This document shows positions 48,801 to 63,656 of a DNA stretch of 64,000 nt, one piece after another. This stretch comes from Psilocybe cubensis. Its lineage: Eukaryota. Location: NCBI GenBank assembly GCA_017499595.2, contig CM039005.1, forward strand, positions 1,054,001 to 1,118,000, given 5' to 3'. The notes under the pieces are model-generated. The model searched no databases. It saw nothing but the letters and a program-made list of their open reading frames with translations, and was not told where the DNA came from. The position numbers and the translations under genes are program-made. Numbering within the stretch: the first letter of the stretch is position 1; every line of letters starts with the position of its first letter.

Positions 48801-51800
48801 GGTAGTTGATGGAGTTTGCGCATATGTACCCCAGGTATGTCCGCCTGATACGTTCAATCATCAATTTCTCAAAGATTTTAGGCAACTTGGCTTCGCAACG
48901 CTTCTATTAAAGGTAGGGTTATTGCATCAACCCTTGCTCACTAGCGCTCACGTATATTCTAGACAACATCCTATTCAATCTGCCATACGATGAAGATCGT
49001 TACCTGAAGACTCTTGAGGTAACCACTTCTGTGCTTTACTGACATCTGTAGTTAATTCACACTTTTATAGGTTTGTGCTCTCGTGAGCGACCTTGAAATT
49101 CTGGAAGATGGTGACGAATCTGAAATTGGAGAGCGGGGGGTGCGTCGTCAATGATCTTTGATCTTTGGTTCCGCTAAATAAATTTTTAGGTCAATTTGTC
49201 TGGAGGACAAAAAGCAAGAGGTATGTCAACGTTGAAGACAGGAGATATCTCGCAGTATATCCTCACTTACCTTTTGACGTTTTTTAGTCTCTCTCGCACG
49301 TGCTGTATATTCTCGAGCATCTATTCTTCTGCTTGATGACGTTTTATCTGCTGGTATGTCGATTGTATGTATCGTCTAAATACCAACACTCATCCATATG
49401 TAGTTGATGCTCACACTGCTCATCATCTCTATCATGAATGTCTACGAGGCGACCTTATGAAAGGCAGAACCATCATTCTGGTTTCACATCACGTACAGCT
49501 TTGTGCACCTGGAGCGTCGTATGTTGTTGCTCTTGACAACGGCCGCGTCCAATTTGAGGGTTCCAAGGACGACTTCTTCCGTTCAGGAGTCCTCTCGACT
49601 CTAATTCAAACCACTCAAGCTCAAGGTGCCGATGATAAAGACGAAAAGGAAGATTTAGAAAAGGTCGAAGAACAACTCCTTTCTGGAGAGCAGCCCGAGT
49701 CAGAGGCAACATCTACCGTAGCATCCGCACCGGCTTCTGTCAAATTGGAGAAAAAGCCTGCCAGAAAACTTGTCGAAGAAGAAAAACGGGCAGTTGGTCG
49801 TATCAGTCGCGACATCTGGGAAACTTACGTATGGGCTTGCGGAAATGGATGGTATTGGGCACTTTTCGTATTTGTTTTGATTGTTGCATCTGCGAGTCCC
49901 GTTCTGGAGAACGGCTGGTTGAGGTAAGTAAGGTATTCATCTTGACTGTTCCTTTATTGACACTTTACTAGATATTGGTCCAATTCCGCACTAAATGGAG
50001 GTGGTCAATCGCCAGTCTTCTACATTACACTTTATGCAGTTATCACAACAATTGGTCTCGTCATCTCCACTATTAGATGGTTCATCCTATACGCTGGGTC
50101 AATTCATGCTTCAGATGTCTTGTACAAGAGGTTGCTGGAGTCTATCCTTTTTGCTGACATTCGGTTCCATGATACTGTTTCACGCGGCCGTGTTCTAAAC
50201 CGCTTTGGAAAGGATTTTGAAGGTATGTTTCTCTTATAGCCATGTCTTTACGGACTTCGTCTAATCATAAGGCCAGGCATTGACAGCAGTCTTTCCGATA
50301 ATTTCGGTCGAAGTATTATGTATGGACTTTCAGCTGCAACCACACTGGTCACAGTTAGTGTCGTTGGCGGAATACCTTTTATCATCGCCGCACTTATCAT
50401 GGGCATTATCTACTGGAACGGTGAGGCAAATGAATATATATATATATATGCTTGCGGTGCTGATGAAAGGTTTAATAGTCGCTAAAGTCAGTCCACTCTG
50501 AACCTTTGAGCTTCGTCAGTTTCTTATTTCTCTAGATTTACGGCCAAACTTCAAGGGATATGCGTCGACTTGGTATGTTCATTGCCTTATAACGAGCCCA
50601 TCCTCGATTTCTCAACATTTTGGTTAGATTCCACAACTCGTTCGCCCCTCTACTCCATTTACGGCGAGACTATATCAGGTGTCACCATTATCAGGGCTTT
50701 CGGAGCGTCTTCAAAGTTCCTGCGAGATATGCTTCGTTGTGTCGACACTGTGAGTTCATTTCCGCCCGATCTCGATCGTATGGCCTGATCTACCTTGTTA
50801 GAACTCAAACCCCTACTACTGGATGTGGGGAGGTTGGCTCTTACCTTCCCTTTTTACATGCAATTATTGACATTTGATGATACAGTAAATCGATGGCTTT
50901 CAGTTCGCTTCAACCTGCTATCAGCTGGCATTGTTGGTTCTACAGCACTTGTATGTCTCATAACTCCCAGTATCACTGCTTCTATGGCCGGATTTGCTTT
51001 GGCGTTCGCATCGACGATTACGAACGATCTATTGTTTATGGTCCGTTAATTTTCGTTTTTACTTGTATAATTAGAGATGCTAATTTTTTCTGGCGAATAG
51101 GTCAGACGCTTTGTCGGATTAGAACAATCAATGGTACGCTGGGTGTTAAATGGTGCTACGAACATTTCTGACTGCTATATAGGTCGCCCTGGAGCGCGTC
51201 AAGGAGTACACTGACCTTAAACGAGAACCTCCTGAGTTCGTGGAACCTAGACCACCTGCGAGTTGGCCTTCGCACGGAGCTATAAAATGTGAAAACCTTG
51301 TCATCCGTTATGCTGTAAGCATATAGCCACTTTTTCGTTTGCAATTGCCTTATTCTTCTTTCAGCCTGAGTTGCCAGATGTTCTCCATCATCTGAACTTT
51401 GAAGTAAACCCTGGTGAAAAGGTAACATTTTTTATCAATCTTCTGCCGTAGCTATCTAACTCTGCGTCTTAGATCGGTATTCTTGGGAGAACAGGCTCCG
51501 GGAAAAGCACGCTTGCATTATCCTTCTTCAGGTTTGTCGAGGCCACAGAAGGACGGATTCTCGTAGATGGAATCGACACGTCCAAAATTGGTCTTACAGA
51601 TCTTCGAAGTCGGTTGACCATCATTCCTCGTATGTTTATTCATTCAATCACAAGTAAACTCGCACTTACACCCATTATCCGAGAATAGAGGATCCCACAA
51701 TTCTCAGCGGCACCCTGAGATCCACGCTAGATGTATTCAATGAATATGACGATGCCGAAATTGTAAGTGGACCTTTTATAATTGACAGCTTTCTTTTCTC

Positions 51801-52599
51801 AATTTAATCAACAGTACGAAGCTCTTCGTCGCGTTCACCTCATCCCTTCAGAAGATACCCCAGCTGAGGCCTCAGATACAGTCAATGCAAATGTTTTCCG
51901 TGACTTGGATTCCAAAGTTTCTGAAGGAGGCGACAATTTCTCTACAGGGTAAACTGACCTTATCTATCCACGGCTGCATATTGACCAATCCTAATAGGGA
52001 GAAGCAACTACTTTGTATGGCAAGGGCGATCCTCAAGCGCTCCAAGATTCTGGTTATGGATGAGGTAATGTCTATGTAATCCATGTTAACAATCTCGATC
52101 TGATGACCGTTGTTCCAGGCAACAGCGAGGTACGCTACAACTGACCCATAAACCAATGCAGGTCAACTGATACAACGCAGTGTGGACTACGCCACCGATG
52201 AGTTGATTGGAAAGACGATACGACAGTACGTTGTTTTGGTTTGTAGTCGTTTTGCTCGATTTAACATACTTTCAAGTGAATTCGCTGAGAGTACTATTTT
52301 GACTATCGCTCATCGCTTGCGAACTGTTATTGATTATGACAGAGTTTGTGTTCAACGTATACTATTGTTACTTTATTGATCCTGACGATACATCTTTCAA
52401 AAGGTCATGCTGTTGGAGCAAGGACGCATCATCGAGTTCGACCGGTAAGTTCACTGTTGTTATGAGAATATTTGCCTTACGCCACCAACATAGTCCGGCT
52501 ACCCTCCTGAGCGATCCGGCTTCCAAGTTTTACGCATTGTGCAAAGCCACCGGAAAGGAAGAGTTTAGTATACTCAAGAAAATGGCTGGGGTACTGTAA
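45847..52599 (+). CDS. Full-length ABC transporter, ABCC/MRP subfamily (Ybt1/Bpt1/Ycf1-like)
   Basis: Two TMD-NBD halves. Walker A GKLGSGKS and GRTGSGKS; signatures LSGGQKAR and [14 protein letters not shown]; Walker B LLLDD and LVMDE; TIAHRL; a large number of short introns. Confidence 0.95.
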
Positions 52600-53265
52600 T
52601 TTAGAAGGCAGTGAGCATCTTTGATAGAGTTGCATTCTCCGGTGTTTGTTTATACTGTATAGAATCCTCAAAAAAGATTTATATTCCCACGATGTGCATT
52701 TAGGGAGACCATCCCGATTGTACTGTTCACCGTGCCAACCATGAGAAGACGACAACACACAGATCGTCCCAGTAACTATCGCATCTCGTATGAGATCTAT
52801 CCAGACAGAACGGTGTATATGGATGCAAAGGCTAGCACAGTTCATGGTAGGCTTAATCATGACATCTTAAGAGTCTCTGTCAGATGTACTTGCTCTTCTT
52901 TCAATATTCAGGCGACGTCAGCAGTCTTATTCACATTGTTGTCAGCGTAAAGCATGTTGCTAACCTGAGAAGTGTGGTTGCGGTAAGTCCTGGATAGGCA
53001 CATTTCATCCGAAATGTGATCACGACATAAGAAGTCACCGATGCGGCCGAGAAAGAGAGGCATTTGAATCGCTGGACCAACACAATGGATTGAGAACTAG
53101 TATATAAATTCTTTCGTTCCTATGTTGAACCTCCCAACAATTTGAAAACCTTTTATGCGTATGTTTTTGATTCTCCATTCAAATTCCCTATTATCCTTAC
53201 GTTGTGCATTGTGCAGGCTATATTAAATCTCAATCCATTCAAGCAGGTCTTAGGCATTGATAATA

Positions 53266-54570
53266 ATGCCTCCTCGACGGTCATCTTATGGTGAGATTTT
53301 CAGTCAAATGTTGCAGTCTTCATTTATGAAAGCATGCCATAAGTTACCACAGAATTTTCTAATACCTTGAATACCGCGTCTCCTCATAACGAGATGGTAG
53401 GACCAGTTCCCAGCAAGTTCCCAACAAAGTCCTGGAGGCCACTCGATAACCGACATATGGTCAGGAGGCAGCAAGCTGATACGAATATGAATCAAACCGA
53501 TGCTTCAAACTCAACTATGACCAATCAAACCAACTCCTTAAATTCAACGATCGTCAATCAGGCCAAAGCTAACACTGGTAATAGCAATCGACCACCTGGG
53601 TGTTTTTCGTGTATAATTGAGGATAACAGTCCACTTGTTCATTATGAGGGTGTCTGGGTGCTGAGCGGCTCACAATTCTCAACAACGCACAGTACAACTG
53701 TTGCGAATTCTTCCGTTTCACTCCGTTTTAACGGTATGCCTTAAAGCTTGTTAGATGACTTAGTCACTGATTGAATTAAATCAGGAAGTGGTATTGTTTT
53801 GTTTGGTACGGTTCCAGCAAGCAACGAGACTACCCCACCCCCTACAGCCGTTTATCTTCTCGATGATTTACGACCCTTTTCAACAACCCTTCCTCGTGCC
53901 GTCAAAGACATCCCCAATCAACCGCTCTTCGCATCGTCGCAGCCTCTTTCATCAACGCAAGAGCATGTCTTAGTTGTCAATGTCAAAGATGCCCAGACGC
54001 CTTTCACCGTAGAAAAATTCTTCGTTGTACCGAGAATTAATACATCGAAGAATATGATGGTGGGGCAGGTGACAACGGACGGTGTGGAGACTCGAACTTC
54101 CACCTCCACCAAGTCTTCGGCGACATTGCAAAGCTTTCAGACTTCCCAGGCGGCCTCTCAATCCTCTCAAAACTCCCACAAAATTCTTGGAGGGGTGTTG
54201 GGCAGTGTCTTCTTTCTTCTTATAATTGCGGTCATTGCGGTTCTTGCTGTCTGGCGGAAACGGCGAGCTGCAAGGCACGTCATCGTTGAATGTCCAGCTG
54301 CAGCCAAGGCCCGTCCAGGTAAGTACATATCACCACTGCTGTGGAATGTTATCTGTCGCTAAATGGTCGTTAGATACTATATATACCTCTTTCACATCAA
54401 CAGAGTCTATCTTACGGAATGAGAGCGCTCTTTGGTCTCCGCCTCCCAGAAGCCAGTATTCACGAAGCGACGGCAGAAATTACTCGCGAAGTGCCAGTGA
54501 TGGAAGGTCGATTGTTGATGGTGTTCCTCCTCCGCTCCCACCAAAACCCATTCCTTCATCTGCTTCATAA
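53266..54570 (+). CDS. Hypothetical single-pass membrane protein (extracellular beta-rich domain, S/T linker, TM helix, Pro-rich tail)
   Basis: IIEDNSPLVHYEGVW...VSLRFNG|SGIVLFGTVP, TM segment ILGGVLGSVFFLLIIAVIAVLAVW followed by RKRR, and tail PPPLPPKP. Start at 53266 is tentative. Confidence 0.7.
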
Positions 54571-54890
54571 AGCTGAGCTTTTCATTTTGTGCAGTTCTTC
54601 GATAACCTTGGACTCTTTTAACGATCTGTATTCTTACTTTACCAATTATCCATGTATCGTCGTTGCGTATGTATTTCAGGCATCTCATAGTCTCACTTGA
54701 CAAACATTAGTGATAGAACCTATCAGATAGGCGCTTCTATATTGTCAAATTAATCTTAATACTGTATTTCTATACATAGATCTATGTCATATACAAATTC
54801 GAAACAAAATCATCTACGGAGTAAATAAAGATCGTTATAAAACACTCCTGCATTATAGAAAAAGTCAGAAGAGAGATAAGTGAAAAGCCA

Positions 54891-57109
54891 TCAAGGATTC
54901 CACATCCTTTGGCTGATAAATCGCATGAGTTCGCTGTCGCTTTTGGTACGAAGAGCAGGGGAACGGTCAACACCCTATGCGTCGGAAAGATGTCAGTAAA
55001 CAAGGGCAACGGAATGACATGAGAAAAAAGATGCTTACAGCCTTCTGTGCAGCACGAATGACTTCTTTGGCGATGAATACACTAATTTCCCTGACTGTGA
55101 GACAGAGAAATTGAGTTAGCAGAAAATGACATCATGAAAGGAAAACGTACTTCGTTCAATGCGCGGATACAAGAGACCAATGGAACGCTCCTCGTCCGTC
55201 AGAGAATTGGCAAGTCCCAGAGAAGAGGCTTCCACCATGCTGTCAGTGACTTCTGATACGCGAGCAATAATTGCTCCTAACCCCAGACCTGATAACGTTG
55301 GTAAGGAAAAGAGGAAGGAGCTACATGGATATTATCATGACAACGCACCAGGGAAAATGTACATATTATTTCCTTGTCCAGGATACAGAGTCTTTCCTCC
55401 AAATTGTTGCGCTGGGAAAGGCGAGCCAGACGCAAAAAGAACCCTGCCCTGTGTAATCTCGACGGCGTCACTGAATGAACATTCTGAGAGCTTGACGGGG
55501 TTAGATAGAGGGAAGATGATCGGGCGAGGATTGATGGCCGCCATCGCATCGAGGACATCGACAGTAAAAGCTCCCTGAAGAACGTTATGTGGTTAGCAAA
55601 GCTGTTGGACGTGGTATGATATACTGACTGATATAGTAGAAAGTCCTAAAAGGGCGGTTGGTTTGACATATTGGATGATATCGAGGAGGTTGGTAATCGG
55701 TGGACCCCGGTAATCATCGCGAGAGAAATCTAGAATATACAATCTTCAGCTATAACTCAAAGGTGAAAGCGAAAAATGGTGCACATTTCTTATGTTCAGC
55801 CAGGTGTCCGCGGGCATCATACACAAGGCCTTGTGAATCTACAAGGTATATTTTCCTACGGGCCTGGTCCTCGGTCATGCCAAGTAAGGTGAAGAAGCTC
55901 ATCAATTGCGACGCGACACCGACTCCAGCGGATCCAGCGCCGAAGAAAAGGATTCGGTGCTCAGTAAGAGGCAAACCGGATGCGGCGGAAGATAGTTTAG
56001 CGGCATTTAGGAATCCACTGAGGACAACGGCACCAGTGCCTTGGATATCGTCATTGAAGACAGGATACTTGTGGCGGTAACGTTCAAGATACTTGAAGGC
56101 ATTGTCTGTAGAGAAGTCCTGCGGTGTACTTAGACACAAAGAGAGATAATTGTCAATAGAAAAAAGCTAACCTCGAATTGAATCATAAGTTTTGGAAATG
56201 CGCGGGACATTTCCTCCATGAACTCGTCCATAAATGCTTCCATTTCGGCGTCGCCAACGCGTTTTTGACGTAGGCCAAGATAGAAGGGGTCATCCAAGTA
56301 GCGTTGGGTATTTGTGCCGAGATCAAGGCAAATAGGGATAGTCGAATCTGGCCGAATGCTTGATAAGAACGTAGCAATGAGCTATATTCCAAGAATGGCC
56401 CAAAAAAGCAACATACCCAGCACCTGCAACGTAGAGAGACAGTTTCCCGATAGAAATGCCCATTCCATTCACACCTAGATCACCCAGTCCTAAAATTCGA
56501 GAGCCTAATGACAGAGAAGTATGAGATCATGTCACTGACGTACAAGTAGGCATACCATCTGTAACAACGCTGATACGAGCTTCGTCTATTTTCGGCCAGT
56601 TGTTTATGACTAACGTGGTCGCAGTCAGAAAAAGTGAAACTATTGACAACACGCAAAAAAGCTTACCGCTTCCAATTTTGCCTTTATCTTGGATAGAAAT
56701 GTACTACATTATATGTCAGTTGCTGTTGAATTATATAAGAAACAGGGGTACGAACGAGGCCCTCAGGTCGTCGATAAATATGGGAGAAGTTCAAGCATGC
56801 ATCTCCTACGGTAGGAGTATAGATGATAGGTGTAATCTCGGCCATGTGTTCCAGGCAAAGCCGATAGAACATGGAAGGGTCTTCGGTCTTCAAGTGGGAA
56901 AGATAGATATATTTTTCAAGATTTTTATCTTTCGAGCGCAGTTGTTCCAGACAGCGTTGTACGTGTATCTCGTGGTCGAGTTGAGGAGGAACGAGCCCGC
57001 GTTTAGGAGCAGCCGGTGCTGTATGACGTTTCACTGAATTAGCAGCATATTCTCCTGTAGAACGCATGGACTGACGTACGCTGAGAAAGCTTGAGCTTCT
57101 GCACGCCAT
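54891..57109 (-). CDS. MAE1: Malic enzyme (NAD(P)-dependent, probably mitochondrial)
   Basis: [57 protein letters not shown] and [11 protein letters not shown]; Arg/Ser-rich N-terminus; TGA at 54891-54893. Confidence 0.93.
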
Positions 57110-60100
57110 TGGACCAGTACGGAGTAAGGATAATCGTCATAACAGAAAGTACAAGTCGTTAATTCAAAGTGGGCTTTTGGTTTCTGGCAAGCAGAATTTT
57201 GTTGGGATAAAGGGGGTTTGACTTCCGGGAACAGGACGTGTTCCTTTTATAACAGAAAATTGGATCATTCTCGACGCCGAAGTCGGTCAGACTCGTGTTG
57301 AAATGTCGGATTCAACCGTAGGTTGCCTTGGCCTCAAATGATGTTGTTTTCTTGTCCATGATTATCTGTTTCAGATGTTCCTTTGACAGCTTTGGTTTCT
57401 TTACTGGTCCCTTGAGGCTATAACGATGTGTACTTGGGATGCAGCCTTGACTCTTCCTATAGCGAAAGCTAGGATGCCTATATTATATGATAGAATGGCA
57501 ATGGAACAAAAGATGTCACGCCTATCAGCAGGGACCTCAAGCTAAGTCTGCTAAGACACTGGGGTAAGGCCTAGCCCAATGAGCAACCAGAAATAAGCTT
57601 TTGCTGATGTGATTGGACGGTCGGCGTCGTTTCTAAGCGTCCAGACTCCTAATTATAAAAGAACAAAGTGTGCACACCACAAAATTTTTTGTTGAAAACT
57701 TGTTCCGTGTTGCGGATAAAACGGCGATGACTGTTCTGAAAAAAGATGCCGTCTGTTGAGTAGAAATAGATGTCAGCTTGCATCATTTTGCGCGGTTAAA
57801 GATGGCGTTTGAAAACCTAAATAGCTCCCAAGGTGCCTGGCTCCTGTAGACGTGTTGCAATTGGGCAGTAAGAGGTTGCCATGGGTCGGTCAGTTGGTAA
57901 CTGGTTGCTGTTGAACCATGTGACTCGAATCACATGATTTTCATCGTAGAATTTTTCCCAGGGGTTTCGCTGGTATGAGTTATGGTACACTCACCACCAC
58001 ACTTTAAGCTTTACCATTTCTCTTATGCAATTGCAAACCCATCAACGACATTTTAAACCGATTCTTGATGTCCCGTGGTTTTGGACGTGTCATAGTCTGG
58101 CGAACAGCGAGTACGAATGTCATGGGTTGCAATCAAAAGCAAACGTCGAGGCACTATTCAACGGCGCGAGCATTATGGTAAGTCAAGAAAATAGGCTGAC
58201 TGTATCAAATAGGACACATCGACTCGCATTGCAACTGGATATCCATCATATGTCTTAGTAGCGTTCTACGGATCTATCTAATAGCCGAAATGCAAGTACA
58301 AATTACCATGTCTGGCAAACAAGTGCCCCATCGACGGAGGTCTCTTTTCTTTCATCCCAGTGCTGGACTTAAAGGAGTAGAAAATCGAGATCTTTGTTAA
58401 TCTGGCAAAGGGTCGTCATCCGAGGAGGTCGTATCTGCCCATAGTTGTAGCACTGCAAGCAAATGACAAACCCAGGTGAAACAATCAAATGCCAGAAGTT
58501 GAAGCTCACAGCGCCTTCTTTCTACCAGATCCTTCTGTGTCGTGTTCCTCTGCTCTGAAACTGTGAATATTACTTGTGTGTTACTTTCTTGTTCAAGAAT
58601 TTTTCCTGATTTGATTGGCTATGCGTGTACATATTCCACCGATTTTCCATCCTCTTGGGGATTTAGCCTCATAATACTATGACCATTCTGTGGATACGCT
58701 GTGGACACAGAACCTCAAAAATTCGCTGCGACACGTATTTGAGGTTGCTTTGAGCTCTGGTTTCACCTTCCCAGCATTGTTGACCAAGTCTGCATAGGGA
58801 TTTTGTTATTCTTTTCCGGAGCATATCAAAAGGCTATCAACAAGTTTAAATGGTTACAAGAATGCTAGTATTCTGTCTCTCCCGGTCCGCAGTATTAACG
58901 CTTTTCCACATGATTATTCGGTCCGACGACAAATTCTAACAGGAGACTGCTGTACGGATGTCCTCGATGTCCATACGCCACATCATCAGGCTCGATACAT
59001 CATCCTTGAAGCCTGTCGCCATATTGGCTAGAGATAGAATGGAGCAGGTCGTTACGAAAGACCCGAAGAGTCGGTTTGATTTGATTCTTTTAATCGACAA
59101 TGAAATACTGGATTCTTTCCAAGGACTCGGCAACTGCTGCTCACTGCATCTATCTGTAGGCGCCACCGAAATAAAACCTAGATTCTTGCGCTCGGTAATC
59201 AGATTAAATGGAACACAGCCATAAGAAAACCCTGCTTGTGGCTCGTGTATCTGGTCTACATCTTACTTCGCGGCACAGCTGCTTCGTTGCAAACACACAC
59301 GAGGTCAGGGTTAAGTCACAAAACGGTGCGGGCGGGCCGCCATTGACATTTGAACCCTGTACAAACTCCAACAGCTAAAAGATTAAATCACAAGAGGCTT
59401 CTTAGCCAAATCCGAGTGCCTAAGTGCACCTTGACATTTTCCTCAAACGTCTACTGAAAGGTGCTTGGATATCAGTTCTTTCCTCCAAGCATACAAATAT
59501 ACAAATCTTGACAAGCGATTAACATGTGGACCTCGAATTTTTTTCAGGGAATTGAGCACCGCAGTGGATGCTGACATATTTTGATATCCAACTTGTCTTC
59601 CGGTAAGTCCAGACGTTGTGTTATGACCTGATTCTTGCGTCAGGTATTTGACCAGTTTGAGGTTATCACCTCCCGATTCCTTGGGTATACCAATGTGTGC
59701 GACTCCCTGTCAATCAATCCATATTGCTTGATTAACGTCTTTCGGTCCGATTACAGGATGCTTGCTCTTTGGATCGATTTGCTTTGCATAAAGTTGGTCT
59801 AGAATTGCTTGTCTGCACACTTCCTTAATTGAAACTATTACCCTCAAATACCCGGGGAGGCACGTAGGTCGGGATCTTATTTGTCCAATGCTCTGATTGT
59901 TCACACGGCGCGACGATGTCTTCTCTACGAATCTACTACGCCACGCGAATGTAGTATAAACAATCTACTGGCACCGAGACCTATTTGATTGCATCCTTTT
60001 TTCTCTTTGGCTAGCTGCGACTGGCCCACCGGTCCAAGAACTCTTCCCAAAGGAACACTCGTCCAAATCTTGTTTCGGAATATCGCGGCGTACAGGTTGA

Positions 60101-63100
60101 GTGTCGGTATCTATTTGCCTGATAAAATCCCACGGATTATAATTACAGGAAAGCATTTTTTTCATGTTTGTTAATGGTTCAAGATATCGCCAAAAGGTCC
60201 TCCCGTGAGCTGAAAGATGGTAAGCACAATAAAACATTTATATTAACTTATTCGAAGCAATCTCCGTCTGGAATTGAGGGTACTGTGAAAGGAGATTTCC
60301 GTGATAGAACCTGTACAGGTAGGTTTGATGCCACCTGAATACCTGAGGGTCTAAATATTAATTGTGTTCACTTTGCAGTGCATTCCGACAGTGAATGTTC
60401 GGATCTCGCGCCGAAGTGGGTTGGTTATGGAGTGCCCGCTATAGAAGATTGCTATAAGGCTGGGCTATTGCTTTTTAACATGCAAGTTCTCTTCAGCGAG
60501 CCTTCGTGGGACTTCTACCGCAGTGGTTGCTGCCGTACGAGGTATATCTCTCCTATAGCTGATATGCTATCAAACTTCGACCATTGCCCATTCTGTCTCA
60601 AAAATTTGGGTGGGAATCTCTCCCTCCGTCTTTCTCAGAAACAGCAGGAGTAATGCTGAACTAATGATAGCCGTGGCCAACTTTCATATGGTAGAAGCCC
60701 AGAAACTGCTCGAGCAGGAAATCTGTTATCTCTTCTGTTCGCAGGAGGTGCCACCAGATCGAAAAATTCTGTGTTCCTTCCGTGGTTCTCGATGTTTATG
60801 AGAGATGGTGCTGCTTCTTCATTGACTTTCACTCCAGCGGGGCACTTCTGGGGCACTTGTATTCGATGGGCTACTGTGGAATGTACCCCATCCTTTCCGC
60901 CCGAACGGGTGTACAAACTTGACCTTCTTCGCATGGCCCTTACTGAAATTGCCGACTTCCCGAACCCGAATACAAATGAAGGCGTACCGAAAAGGACAAC
61001 AGAAGGTTCGATTCATTCTTCAGAGGTATCCTACCGTCAACGGTATCTTGCAATTAGGTACACCTTATGCAAAATAAAATAAAAGAAAATTCATTTTGGA
61101 ATGGGTTAATCAATCCCCACCTCCAAGTTTCCAAGCAGAACAATATAGGAGCCACGGGAGCTCGGACTTGATACGCCTCTATGGCCAAGAGTCTGGCCCT
61201 CAGCATTACCTGAAGGCGGAAGGAGAGCCTCCTCCGGACAGCCCTGTGGGTCGCCGATTAACTGATCTCCATAGAATCTAGTAATCCCAAATTATAGCTA
61301 GGTCAAGATGCAAGTGTTTCGCCTATCTTGTCTACTTTATTAACGCTATACGCGTATTTGTATACACACTCGTTGACAGTTAAAAATTAACCTCATCGTT
61401 GTCACCAGCCGGATCTTCGCGCAATCCCAGTCGATGCTTGAGTCGCGACGCAGACGAACATCTTAATGTAGAACTTGACATTTTAACGCATTACTATTTT
61501 CTAGAATTCCCTCTAAAGTTGTATAAAAGGTGGAAGAGGATACTAAACAGCGTCCAATGACGTCCTGTACCAACTTTAACTATCTGCACGTATGCAAGTA
61601 ATGCTTAAAATATGTTTAAGTCCAATATACGGTGTGCTAGTCACTTCGTGCCCTTTGACCCGTGAATGAATCCAATTGCATCGGTCATGAAATTGGAACT
61701 GACTTCTTCGAAGGCTTCTACACACGTTGGCACAAAAAGCAGATGTGCAGCATTCAGAAACCGTGATTATCTTGGCTTCTATGCCCTCCTTTGTGACGGA
61801 CAATGCGTTAGCGCCGGACTGACGGCGTCCAAAGAATACACGAAGTACCCACATGGTAAGACGCAAATCATCATCACAAGTGATGAATTCGGACCAGCGA
61901 ACCGGTTAGTATTTGAGTTCTGATCACTATCTAATGAATACTGGCTTATCAGTCTCAGCGACGCGTCATTGACTGAAACAATAGGCAATCTGTTGAGCGG
62001 AGCATTGTCGAGGCAAATTTTAGTTTCAAAGTGAGCGTGTCCTTGCAAGGAAATTGATTTAATTCTTACAAGTTGTAGGCTGACCTTCTATATATCGTTA
62101 TACTATTTTACTTACATGGCCAGGTCTCTGAAGCTGTATTGTCACAAAGTCCTACACTATTCAAAAGTTTGAAACCCTTGTGAGCGCGACGGAACTCAGG
62201 CAAATCCCGTGTATGGTGAGATATACGTGCCTGAACCAATTCAGATTATCCCCCTATGCTATCCGTTGTCGTATTAAAAGTCAAAGAGGCTAAGATTGTA
62301 ACTGTTCTGATTGCTGAATCAGGTCCAATTTCAATCAATTGCTCCCTAGAAGTATATCCGAGCTCCAGGGCTGGGAGTCGGCCATTATACACGGTAATAA
62401 CTGCTATATCGCATTTGTTCCTCTGATTATAGCCCATCTGATAGCGAGATATATTCTACTCTTGCTTATTTTCTAAAGGTGCAGTGGAGTGTCCTTTCAC
62501 ACAGAATATTGGCTATATTTTGAGGGAAATGACGGTGGAGTTATTCGATAATCCAGCAAACTTGCTAGTTGGAGGGATTAAAACCGGAACATCGTTCCGA
62601 TGATCCCTCCTCTTATCGCTTCCCCGTTCAGCGATACACCATAAAGAAGCCGTGCAGGCATGAGGACTATGCTCTCAGGCCTGGGTCACATTTCATGCAA
62701 CATGACTAGCCATCTATCAATAGCTCCTGTACTTCTATGGATAAGACGACGCACCCATCGAGAACAAGCCTCGCAGATAGTGCTACAACTGCAAATTTGA
62801 ATGCTGATTAGTATGGCAAGTTCATTTACCAGAGTCAGGCGTCAAAGCCCGTCACCCCGTGCGCAATTAGTCCCATCCAGCTAGACTCTCTTAAAATTAT
62901 TGAGGAGAGCCGGAGAATTGTATAACGATCAAAATATTCTTTTGGCATGTTGATATTCGCCTTGGACAGTAGGATGTACTCTGATATGACAGCTGTTGGT
63001 ACATAACGAATATACCTGTGCAATCATTAAAATATGGAAAGTCACGCCAAGAAAGTGCCAAGTTGTGAGCGCCTACAAACAAAATTAGATATGATCCTGA

Positions 63101-63512
63101 TGGCGTCCAACTGTTAGTACTTATACACTTTATCCAGATCATTGAAAGGGTATGCAATAATAATGAAAATATTTTATAGGCAGGGAGCAATCGTGTCTGT
63201 TTGGTATTGACAAACATCATGTATATTACACAATCGAAGAGCGATACATCATCAAGTCTTGAGTCCCTCGTCATGTCCGCCGACGTTGTAATTTTCCCAC
63301 AACTTACTTTGTGTTGGAAAATCTCTCAGTATACTCCCGGAAAGATATCTTAAACACAGTTACCGGTGACGAATAAGAATCATTACTACCTAGAAAATGA
63401 GCAGATCTCTTAGATAGTACAGAGGGCAAAATAAGATGAGAATGAAGTAAAATTAAATGCTCCAAAGTAGATATTTTAGCATCGTACAGCGCTTGCACTG
63501 CGGGCGCCGACC

Positions 63513-63655
63513 GCTGTAAGTTGAACATACAGCAGTAAACTTACATGTCTTATGTAAGTTTAGGTGTATATTCAACTTACAGCACTTGTGTCGGGAAAAC
63601 AAACATTTAACAAAGACATATTGTGTTTGGTGGCTGTATGCCGATCAAACACAAT
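63513..63655. repeat. Two short imperfect hairpins preceding the long palindrome
   Basis: 63513-63583: GCTGTAAGTTGAA...TTCAACTTACAGC with inner stem TAAACTTACAT/ATGTAAGTTTA. 63620-63655: ATTGTGTTTG...CAAACACAAT. Confidence 0.8.
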
Positions 63656-63656
63656 T

